Positions 38,222-46,833 of a stretch of 64,000 nt of DNA are shown piece by piece. The notes under the pieces are model-generated. The model did not search any database and was not told where the DNA came from. It saw only the letters and a list, made by a program, of their open reading frames with translations. Both the position numbers and the translations under genes were made by a program. This DNA is from an uncultured Nitrospiraceae bacterium (GTDB taxonomy: Bacteria > Nitrospirota > Thermodesulfovibrionia > Thermodesulfovibrionales > UBA6898): the NCBI GenBank assembly GCA_963811165.1, contig CAWEQH010000010.1, positions 1,117,676-1,181,675 on the forward strand. Direction: 5' to 3'. Within the stretch, counting starts at the first letter, position 1, and each line of letters opens with the position of its first letter.

Positions 38222-39643
38222 TCATCCTTTCTTCTTGACACTCTTACGAAGGACCAGACCGATACCAAGGACAACAATGAATGCTATCGGCGGCAGCACG
38301 TAAACCTTCAATGGTATAGGCGGCTCAAGCACCATGAAGTACCAAGCCGATATCGCTCCTTTATTGTTCTCCTCGTCATTTCTTCCGTCATAGAGAGTTA
38401 CTGCAAAGGGTGTGAACTTTCCCACCTCAAAGGCGGCATCGTCCTTGTCTCCTGTCTGCAAGGCCCTTTTGAACATGATCCTGTACAGACCATCCTTATA
38501 GGACGGAACGACCTGCATGTCCTGTTTGTCCTGCTGCGTAAGGGCCGATGGTCCCCGAGCATCGAATTCCACCCCGAGATTGTCGGATGCCTTCCACTGC
38601 CATATATTGACCGCCGACTTCTCGTCACCCATGAAGAAAAATGGCTCTGCGCCTTCCGAAGATTTTGAGGGGAACTGTATCCGCGCAGCATCGGGAGGAT
38701 GCCCGTCATCGCCCCTGTTCGGTTTTTTGCCTGTCCATTCAACCATCACCGCCAGGTCCGAACCGGTGTATACCCCTCTGACCCGTGCATTTGTAATAAG
38801 GGCCGTAAAGTCCCGGGGGTCAAATATTATCTGGCCGGCCATCGGGAGGTCGAGGTAGTCAACACTGTTCCAGACCGGATCTTCCGTCGAAGCAGGGATG
38901 GAGTTCACCTTTTTCACACGCAATGCCAGACCGAGTTTTCTGATCTGCTGCTGCGACTTCACATAATATGCGAGGGCCCATCTCTTTTCGTCGGAAACCG
39001 TATCTCCGTAAGAGGTCATCGGCGTGCCGTCAATGCCCGCGGTAATCGTCACGTAAAGGTCCTTTAAGTCACTGCCGTTTCTGTACTCCCATGGGCTGGT
39101 CTGATCGGCCGGATAAATCCTGTTGCCCCAATCGTCCTTGAATTTCTCCTGCCATCCCTTCTCGCCGTCGCCCCTTCCGGCCTTGCCGTGACATTCCCAG
39201 CACTTACCCTTATCATACATCTCTTTCCCCAGCGCTATCAGTTTCTCTTTGCCGCCCGACGGTTTGATGATCTTTAAGGGAGTGCCTTTCGTTTCGAAGG
39301 TATCGGGCGAAAAAGTTTTCAAATAAGCGACAATGGCCTTCACCTCATCATCGCTGAACCTCGTCCAGGGCGGCATCGAAGTGCCGGGGTTTCCGTTTCT
39401 TATCGTCCTGATGATGTCCGAATCAAGGGGCGGATCACCGGACGGGGTCGAGTGGAATTTATACGTGCCCTTCGTAAAATCCCTCGGCTTCGGGAATACG
39501 AAGTCCGTGGCAGGACCTTTGCCGTCCCCTTTTTCCCCGTGGCACTGGGCGCACCACTTGTCGTAAAGTGTCTTTCCCTTATCTTCAGGGAACGCATGTA
39601 CCGGCAGCAAAAGCAGCAGAACAAGGGTTATGAAAAGCCGCAT
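38222..39643 (-). CDS. Diheme cytochrome c fused to an ethylbenzene-dehydrogenase-gamma/DOMON-like heme b domain, C-terminal TM anchor
   Basis: CAQCH, PKPRDFT, GTSMP, CWECH, GTPM; DAARIQFP, MGD..AVNIWQWK, YDGRNDE..NK. Confidence 0.82.
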   Translation of the reverse strand: MRLFITLVLLLLLPVHAFPEDKGKTLYDKWCAQCHGEKGDGKGPATDFVFPKPRDFTKGTYKFHSTPSGDPPLDSDIIRTIRNGNPGTSMPPWTRFSDDEVKAIVAYLKTFSPDTFETKGTPLKIIKPSGGKEKLIALGKEMYDKGKCWECHGKAGRGDGEKGWQEKFKDDWGNRIYPADQTSPWEYRNGSDLKDLYVTITAGIDGTPMTSYGDTVSDEKRWALAYYVKSQQQIRKLGLALRVKKVNSIPASTEDPVWNSVDYLDLPMAGQIIFDPRDFTALITNARVRGVYTGSDLAVMVEWTGKKPNRGDDGHPPDAARIQFPSKSSEGAEPFFFMGDEKSAVNIWQWKASDNLGVEFDARGPSALTQQDKQDMQVVPSYKDGLYRIMFKRALQTGDKDDAAFEVGKFTPFAVTLYDGRNDEENNKGAISAWYFMVLEPPIPLKVYVLPPIAFIVVLGIGLVLRKSVKKKG

Positions 39644-39668
39644 TGTAAAATCTCCCTTTCGCATACGC

Positions 39669-40473
39669 TTACCAAGTCCTCGGCTTATTGCCCGAGGCAT
39701 CATAAATAAATAAGATTACCTTCCATATCGCATCCTCTTCGAGAAAGTCCTCGAAGGAGGGCATCGCGGAATCCCAGGGATGCGCACCGGCTGGAAGCCC
39801 TCGTCCACCCTTTTGCAACCCGCCAGAAAACGTAGGATTCGGGCAGTTGCGCGATCGTATCGATGCCTATGAAAGGGGGCGGCGGAGGGTTGAAGGCCTG
39901 GGCGAAATTTCCCTTGCCGTCGAGGGCGTCCCCGTGGCAGAAGAAACAGTTCTTATAATATATCTCTTTCCCTTCCCCGATATAACCTGCCAGGTTTGCC
40001 GCGTCTTTCCTCAAGGGGTTTTCGAGTCCCAATATCTTGATTGTCTTGCCCTTGAAGTCTATTTCAGAGGGGGGCTCCGGGTGAGTGATCCTCGCTGAGA
40101 CGGGAGGCTCTAAGGTCGGCTTGACTTTGACGTAAGTGCCATACGCGACAAGAAGAGGAATGGCAAGGTAGACGATAATGACCCTCAGGATTTTTTTGTC
40201 GTCATCGGCGAGTATGGCCCTCATCGGCTCAATGAACGCCTTCAGCGTTTCGTCGTGGATGGAAAAATAGATGAGAAACGCAAAGAAGAACATGATCATG
40301 TACATATTGAGAACCTGCCCCGGAAGAGGCGGCATCACCAGCGACAGACTCTTTAACCCTCCGTAAATAGCGACAAGGATACCTATGAAATTAAAAAATG
40401 GGGACTTTTTCAGGGCGGAGGTTATCGCAATCGCCAAACCGATCAATGTAACGACAGGAAATATAAATTGCAT
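39669..40473 (-). CDS. Membrane-anchored monoheme cytochrome c (4 N-terminal TMs), 1-nt frameshift ~39810
   Basis: CFFCHG; removing one base at GCAAAAGGG gives KGGRGLPAGAHPWDSAMPSFE..IWKVILFIY..PRTW stop 39669. Confidence 0.82.
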
Positions 40474-40474
40474 C

Positions 40475-40990
40475 TTACTTCCCTCCCGCCTTAGTTATCT
40501 GATCTTTTAGTACCGGCAGAGACCCCGGAAAAGAAACCGTGACCTTCCCTCCCTGGCTCTGGAGATAGGAGGCCACTGCAATGATCTCCCCGTCGGTCAG
40601 GGAAGTCGGCGGCGTGTGCACCGGCGACATGATATCTTCATACCCCTTCACGATATATTTGGATGGGTTGACGAGGGCCTCGAAGACCTGCTCCTCAGGC
40701 TTGATGCCCCGCTCTTTGGCCTCCTTTTCCATTTCCGCCCCGATAGTGGACATGGCGGGGGCCCTCATCCCTGACTCCGGCTTCGCCGGATGACACACCA
40801 TACATTGCCCTTTCCCAAAGACGATCTCTTCGCCGACATGGACGAGGTCTTCCTGTGAGATGCCTTCCTCTATCTTGACGACCTTCGGCGGCCGGGATTC
40901 GGACTGGGGAAGAAATTCAAGACCGATGTATGCAAAAATGAGATTCAGGCCTACTACAATAACAGCAAGCTTCAGGACTCCTACCTTCAT
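40475..40990 (-). CDS. Membrane-anchored monoheme cytochrome c
   Basis: N-terminal TM, CMVCH, LVNPSKYIVKGYEDIM. Confidence 0.85.
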   Translation of the reverse strand: MKVGVLKLAVIVVGLNLIFAYIGLEFLPQSESRPPKVVKIEEGISQEDLVHVGEEIVFGKGQCMVCHPAKPESGMRAPAMSTIGAEMEKEAKERGIKPEEQVFEALVNPSKYIVKGYEDIMSPVHTPPTSLTDGEIIAVASYLQSQGGKVTVSFPGSLPVLKDQITKAGGK

Positions 40991-42733
40991 CCTCCCCTCC
41001 TTTCCCCGATAACCTTCTCAAGCTTCATTATGGACCAAAAGACAAGAGAGACGAGGACGAAGAAGAGTAACGTGACGATCGTGACGATGATCGACGCCAC
41101 GCCGTGGGTGGGAAGATAGGCGTCCGGGCTCGTGTTCTTCATGACGCCGTAGACGTGCCAGTATTGTCGTGCGCCGGCCCTCATGTATCCGAGCATGCCC
41201 ATAAGCCACGTAAAAGTCACTGTGATTGCGATCAACGCATACTGAGACCTCTCGGGCATCTGTCCCCACCGCGGCTCTCCGATCACCCGGGCCCCTTTAT
41301 ACATGAAATGGTCAAGAATGAACAATGCAATTATCGCAAGGATAAAGAGACTGAATTGAATAGGAGAAAGGACCTTCACCCTTACCGCGGCCGACACGTA
41401 ATAACTGAATATGCCGAGCGCCAGCACGCCCGCGGATCGAGACCACGATGATAGCCGCCCTGATTATGTGCCCCGCCTTCGCCCAGGCGACGGAGGGTTC
41501 CTTGTTGCTCATCCTGAAGATGGCGAAACTCAGGAACGTAGCGAGGTAAGAGAGGATGACCGCCGTGTTTTTTGCCGCCATGACCCCAAGCTTGCCGAGC
41601 GCCGGATGGTATGCGCCGGTCCTCCGCGCCTCCTCAAGACTCAGGGCTATGTCGTGGGGCGTAAGCCAGACCGCATATCCTACAAGAAGCACCAGGAACA
41701 GGAATTTCACGTACGGGAAGTACCTTTCGCCGCCCGGCATCTTGTGGAGCGAAATCCAGAGGTAGTAGTTTATGAAGAAAAGAATGGCGCCTATGAGGAT
41801 AGCCTGCATGACCCAGAGCCACGCAAAAAAACCTCCCATGAGCTGTATGCCCATCTGCTCGTTGAAGGAATAAATTTCAACACCTAAAAGATAGCCGACC
41901 CCGGGCAAAAGAAGAGAAACCCCGATCGAGATGATCGCCGACGTATAGCCCATCCAGTCGTAATACGCCTTTTCTTCGTCCGTCGTTGCGGTGATAAACC
42001 TGAAGGCCGCGTATGCGGCCGCGATTCCGGCGCCGAAGACGATGTTTGCTACAAAGCGGTGCAACGAAAGGGGAAGCCACATATGAGTATGTATCGCCCC
42101 CCATCTGCTCACCAGCTCTCCCTCAGCGTTCACGCCCGCGGGGGTGGTCATAAAGCCGACCCACGTGCTCGTGATAAGAAGGAGCAGCGCCCCGAAGACA
42201 TTCAGTAAAACGCCGAGGAAGACGTGGAACCCTTTCCTGTCTTTCAGTTTCTTCCATGAATAAAAGTAGTAATAACAGACCAAAACCTCACCGTACATCA
42301 CGATGAGGTATAGCCACCACGTCGGGCCGAGTATCTTCATCATATAATCGATAAACTTCGGATAGAGCACCGGAAGGCTGACAAGGAAGAGAGATCCCAT
42401 GATTGCTGTAATGGTATAGGCAAGGGTAAAGAGCTTTGTGAAATCATAGGCGATCCTGTCGAGTCTCTCATCGGCACGTCTCCACCCTATAAATTCCATC
42501 GTTACGGCAAATATCGGAACGCCCAGGACAAATGCCGCAAAATTAAGGTGCAACTGGGCGACTATCCATATCCAGTCCCTGCTGCCGATCAGAGGGAAGA
42601 ACCGGTACCCGTCCTGGGTCGCCGCAGGAAGCATCCTTTTTAGGACCGCCAGGAGCAAGAACCCCGCGCCGAGGATAACGGTAAATTTAATGACTCCCTT
42701 TGCTAAACCCTTTCCCACACTGGCTTCTGCCAT
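40987..42733 (-). CDS. Cytochrome bd-like oxidase subunit I (CydA-like, no Q-loop), 1-nt frameshift ~41435
   Basis: AQLHLNFAAFVLGVP, GFMTTP, LHRFVAN, YYDWMG, MGMLGYMRAGARQYW; the two ORFs join on deleting one C. Confidence 0.82.
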
Positions 42734-42798
42734 TACGCATTCTCCTATTTTTGATAATGTCCGCCCGGGGATTTCTCAATCCCCGGAGCGTCCCCAAT

Positions 42799-44091
42799 TT
42801 AGAAAAGTATGTCGAGCACTACCTTGAATGTCTTGTCCGTTTCATCAGGCTGGCCGCCCGCGAATTTAGTCTTCGTCTGTGCATACTGGACGGCAACCTT
42901 CGTATTTAGCCACGGAAGGTAGTTAAGGGCTACGAGCCAGGTATTTTTCTTGTTTTCGTCGGTCCCGGCCCCTGTAGCCGAAATATCCGAAGCTAAAACG
43001 TCTTTAATATTTATCATATTGTAAGCGGCAATCAAGCCATATGTCCTTTGGAAGAAATAGCTCCCTTCAACAAGGAATCCGTCAAATTTTCGCGACTCGT
43101 CTCCGCCAAAGGCATTTGTTTCTTTGCCATAGCCGTAGAGGGCCTGGGCCTCTACGAGGTGGTCCTCACCAAATGTTTGCTCAAGGGAGGCGTCAAGATA
43201 ACCTCTGTTGACCTTGGATTCGAACAACGGGGCACCGGTCGAATCAAGGGGTCTCTGCTTGCCTGTGTACCAGGCACCGCCGAAGGTGACCGCCCCGTTT
43301 GTAAGCTTCTGGTCCCATGCCAGACGGAAAAACCCGTCAAAGGGGTCTTTGTTTTTGTCGTTAGAAAAACCGAACCCGGCATCCGCGGCATCACCGCCTC
43401 TCATCGCCCCGGCAGCAGCGTAGAGACGATTCCCCAAAAAGTAACCGTGGACCACCACTCCGAGGTTCTCTTCGCTCCAGAAACTGGATGTCCATCCCTT
43501 TGTCAATATCGATGGGATGCTTTCATCACCGAAAGTCAAGGCCCTGTCCCTTCCACCCAAACTATTGAAGGGGTCCGCAGACGTCGCAAGCCCCTTAAAC
43601 GCCACAAGGCCTAAGGTATTTCCTTCCCCAACGGGATATTGGAAGGCCATCTTAACAGTCGGAAGATGGAAGTTCCCATCGTCCGGCGACCACTCGGCGC
43701 TGCCGAATACGCCGGCATAATCAAACACCCTGCTGCCTAAAAACAAAGCCACCTGATCGAGTTCGGTGGAGTTATCGTTTATTCCCTGTACATCATTCAT
43801 ATGTTTCGTGTACGGCAGAAAGATAGCCCTCGCAGAAACCGGGAAGATGTAAAGCAAATTCAAATTGTCTTTGTTGATCATCTGCCACTCGGGTGAGACC
43901 TGGGTGTATGCCTGCACTTTGAACTGTCTGCCGGCCTGGTTCAGATTCGGCCATATCGTGTGGCAGGCCGTGCACGGCTTCTGGACTTGCCGGGCATAAG
44001 ATGGAATAGCCCGGGACTCCTGAGGCAAAACGAATGTCATTAAAAATAATATCAACCCCCCTAACAATATCAAGACTTTTCGCATCTTCAT
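42799..44091 (-). CDS. cyc2: Cyc2-type fused monoheme cytochrome c - beta-barrel porin
   Basis: Signal peptide then AIPSYARQVQKPCTACHTIWPNLNQAGRQFKVQAY, matching the Cyc2 AxPxFARQ-x4-CxxCH-x3-PxL-x3-GRxFK motif; beta-strand body, terminal F. Confidence 0.8.
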   Translation of the reverse strand: MKMRKVLILLGGLILFLMTFVLPQESRAIPSYARQVQKPCTACHTIWPNLNQAGRQFKVQAYTQVSPEWQMINKDNLNLLYIFPVSARAIFLPYTKHMNDVQGINDNSTELDQVALFLGSRVFDYAGVFGSAEWSPDDGNFHLPTVKMAFQYPVGEGNTLGLVAFKGLATSADPFNSLGGRDRALTFGDESIPSILTKGWTSSFWSEENLGVVVHGYFLGNRLYAAAGAMRGGDAADAGFGFSNDKNKDPFDGFFRLAWDQKLTNGAVTFGGAWYTGKQRPLDSTGAPLFESKVNRGYLDASLEQTFGEDHLVEAQALYGYGKETNAFGGDESRKFDGFLVEGSYFFQRTYGLIAAYNMINIKDVLASDISATGAGTDENKKNTWLVALNYLPWLNTKVAVQYAQTKTKFAGGQPDETDKTFKVVLDILF

Positions 44092-44112
44092 CCTCCTTGC
44101 AATCTTTCAGAT

Positions 44113-44826
44113 CTATTTCTTGTATTCCAGCTTGATCTTGCTGGGCTTGCCGCCTTCGACCTTGATATTTGCGACCTTCACCTTCCCTAGTGCCTCATGC
44201 CACGCCTCGACCGTATAGGTGCCGGGCGGAATATTCTTAATGGAGAACTCGCCCTTGGCATTGGTGACCGCGGCATAAGGATTGTCTGAAACATAGAGGT
44301 ACCCGTGCATCCAGGGGTGACTGTCACAGGTGACTTCTATAACACCTGTTTTCGTCAGAGGCTTTGTGACAGACGACCCTTTTTCAGGAAGTCCGATGTT
44401 ATACATCGTCTTTCCGTTTAAATAGGTATGGATATTGTGGAATATCGGATCATCGTTTTTCTCAACAAACTTATTGCCCTTAAACCCTATGGCCACGTGA
44501 GGAACAAAGGCACATTTAAGGTTGGTAAGTGTGACAGGCTCAGCGGGAAGGGCTTTCCCAGCTTTAATATTCTCGATGTACACGACCACATTTTGGATCT
44601 TCCTGTCTTTGATGAGATATTTTTCCTCAGGAAGCTGTGCTCCGCAGTATTTCGTCTCGGAACTTAGCTTCTGCATTTTGTCCTTCGGGACATTGCCTCC
44701 GGCAAACTCCACAACCCCCTCAATGCTTCCTCCGTTTTTTACGTCCACTGTCTCATACGCAAAGGAAATCGAGGAAAAAGAAAAAATTACTGCCAGGACA
44801 GCCACAAACAAAATCGCCTTTTGCAT
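44113..44826 (-). CDS. Exported cupredoxin-like protein with a carboxypeptidase-regulatory-like domain (H/C/H/M ligand set)
   Basis: Signal SFA, FHNIH, CDSHPWM, PPGTYTVEAWHE. Confidence 0.75.
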   Translation of the reverse strand: MQKAILFVAVLAVIFSFSSISFAYETVDVKNGGSIEGVVEFAGGNVPKDKMQKLSSETKYCGAQLPEEKYLIKDRKIQNVVVYIENIKAGKALPAEPVTLTNLKCAFVPHVAIGFKGNKFVEKNDDPIFHNIHTYLNGKTMYNIGLPEKGSSVTKPLTKTGVIEVTCDSHPWMHGYLYVSDNPYAAVTNAKGEFSIKNIPPGTYTVEAWHEALGKVKVANIKVEGGKPSKIKLEYKK

Positions 44827-44839
44827 CGTACTCCTCCTC

Positions 44840-45571
44840 TTAATTAAGATTTATCAGTCTGGTATACTCCAGCCTGATGCTGCTCGTTTTCCCGCTTTCT
44901 ACTTTTACGTCAGGGATTTTTATGATTCCCAACGCCTCGTGCCAGGCCTCCGCGGTATATGTTCCAGGCGGGATATCCCTGATGACAAAGCCGCCCTTTT
45001 CATCGGTAACCGCTGCGTATGGATGAGCAAAGATGTAGACATAAGCAAGCTGCCACGGATGTACATAACAGGTCAATTCCATGAGCCCTGTCTTGGCAAG
45101 TGTCTTTGTCACCTCTGAACCTTTTTCATGGAGACCGACATGATAGAGTTCCTTCCCGTCTAGGGAGGCATGTATATCGAACGTATGAAAAACCGGATCG
45201 TCGTTCTTCATGATGAGCTTGCTCCCCTTGAACCCAACGCTTACATGGGGGACAAAGGTACATTTAGAGTTTGTAACGGCGACGGCATCTGTGGGAATAG
45301 CCTTTCCTGACTTGACCCCTGTCAGGAACACGACGACGTTTCTTATTTTTCCATCCGCACTAATCAAATATCTTTCCGATGGGAGGGTCTTCCCGCAGTA
45401 TTCTGTTTCGCTGCTCAACTTGACCGGTTCATCTTGCGGGACCGTGGCCCCGGCAAATATGACCTGTCCTTCTATACTCCCTCCGTTTTTGACCCCTATG
45501 GCTTCATAGCCAAAAGAAACAGAGGGAAGCAAAAAAAATACTGCAAGAAACATTATTATCGCTCTGTCCAT
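44840..45571 (-). CDS. Paralogous exported cupredoxin-like protein (H/C/H/Q ligand set)
   Basis: Signal SFG, FHTFD, CYVHPWQ, PPGTYTAEAWHE; clearly similar to 44113-44826. Confidence 0.75.
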   Translation of the reverse strand: MDRAIIMFLAVFFLLPSVSFGYEAIGVKNGGSIEGQVIFAGATVPQDEPVKLSSETEYCGKTLPSERYLISADGKIRNVVVFLTGVKSGKAIPTDAVAVTNSKCTFVPHVSVGFKGSKLIMKNDDPVFHTFDIHASLDGKELYHVGLHEKGSEVTKTLAKTGLMELTCYVHPWQLAYVYIFAHPYAAVTDEKGGFVIRDIPPGTYTAEAWHEALGIIKIPDVKVESGKTSSIRLEYTRLINLN

Positions 45572-45589
45572 AATAAGCCTCCTTTCAAA

Positions 45590-45618
45590 TTGATACCCCA
45601 TCCAAGAGGGTTTGTCAA
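45590..45618 (-). promoter_or_regulatory. Sigma70-type promoter of the cyc2/bd-like operon
   Basis: TTGACA-17-TATCAA on the minus strand, then AAAGGAGG RBS. Confidence 0.5.
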
Positions 45619-45626
45619 TAAAAGAA

Positions 45627-45784
45627 ATGAACTACCCCGCAGCAGAGCTGCGAGGTATCTATTTGTCATTCCGGCTTGTCCGGAATCTTTCCGGAAGGAT
45701 TCCCGACGCGCTTTGCTTGCGGGAATGACAAACAAAAAAAAGACTTTACCCCCGATGCAAGCATCGAGGAATTCCTTGATTAAA
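45627..45784. mobile_element. Small non-autonomous palindrome-ended element with a nested REP-like repeat
   Basis: End hairpins CCCCGCAGC-AGA-GCTGCGAGG and CCCCGATGC-AA-GCATCGAGG; inner TTTGTCATTCC...GGAATGACAAA at 45662-45732. Confidence 0.55.
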
Positions 45785-45952
45785 TCCAGACAGTTAAGCC
45801 GCTTGCTCTCATGCTCTTCGGTCCATCCCGGTCCCGGTTCCGTCCCTTTCAGGCCGCCTGAGAGGCCGAAACTGCTGAGAGTTGAGATTAGAGGAGAGCG
45901 CTTCTGTTTCGGGAAACAATTTTTCGGTAAGTTTTTGATATACTGACATTAG

Positions 45953-46804
45953 ATGCTACGTTTTCTAAAATGTTCGGTCCTGTTGACGGCCCTTCTCGCG
46001 TCTTGTACCATGCAAGCGCTTTTGTGGCCCGAAAAGACCCAGCAGCAGGGGACTGTTAAGGCTTATGCCAACCCGCACAGTAATTGCGATGTCTGTCATG
46101 AGCCCGAGGAGGAGAACCCCACCCACCTCCTGCTGAAGGCAGACCCTTCCTCTATCTGCGAGTATTGTCACCACTATACGGAAAATCATCACCCTGTTAA
46201 TTTTAGTCCTTCAAGGCGACTCGATAGCCAATTGCCTCTTTACGAAGGCAAGATCAGATGTCTTACCTGTCATGAAATACATGGCGGGCCGGAGCATAAA
46301 GGAACCCCAAAGCTCCTGAGGGGCGGTCCTTACGCCGACCGTCGGACGATCTGTTTTAAATGTCATTATTTTGAAGAATTTGAAAAGGTCAATCCGCATG
46401 ATATGCTCGACGACGATGGAAAAGTGAAAAAAGTGGGGGGCAAACCGGTATGTCTTGTCTGTCATGCGAAACAGCCTGACCCTGCCGTTGACAGGACAGA
46501 GAACGTGCGATTCAGGGCTGATATCGGCTTTCTCTGCTGGCGATGTCATCCCCCCATGCCGGGTGTTTTTTTTACACAGCATTTTCTTGTAACACCTTCG
46601 GCAGAGACTCTCCGTAACATCAGAGAGACTGAAGAGAGACTCTTAGTGATACTCCCCCTTGTGCCGAGAAACCGAATCACTTGTTCCACCTGTCACAATC
46701 CCCATCAAACAGGGGTCATTCAGCATGAGGCGGCGGCGAAGGGGGCAGATGCATATGCCAAACTTCGCCTTCCGTCGATCTGTTTTGCATGCCATAGGAT
46801 GTAG
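45953..46804 (+). CDS. Octaheme c-type cytochrome lipoprotein
   Basis: Lipobox LLASC, 8 CxxCH motifs. Confidence 0.87.
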   Translation: MLRFLKCSVLLTALLASCTMQALLWPEKTQQQGTVKAYANPHSNCDVCHEPEEENPTHLLLKADPSSICEYCHHYTENHHPVNFSPSRRLDSQLPLYEGKIRCLTCHEIHGGPEHKGTPKLLRGGPYADRRTICFKCHYFEEFEKVNPHDMLDDDGKVKKVGGKPVCLVCHAKQPDPAVDRTENVRFRADIGFLCWRCHPPMPGVFFTQHFLVTPSAETLRNIRETEERLLVILPLVPRNRITCSTCHNPHQTGVIQHEAAAKGADAYAKLRLPSICFACHRM

Positions 46805-46833
46805 GCGCTGCCTGGATCCGGCACCCGCGTTTG

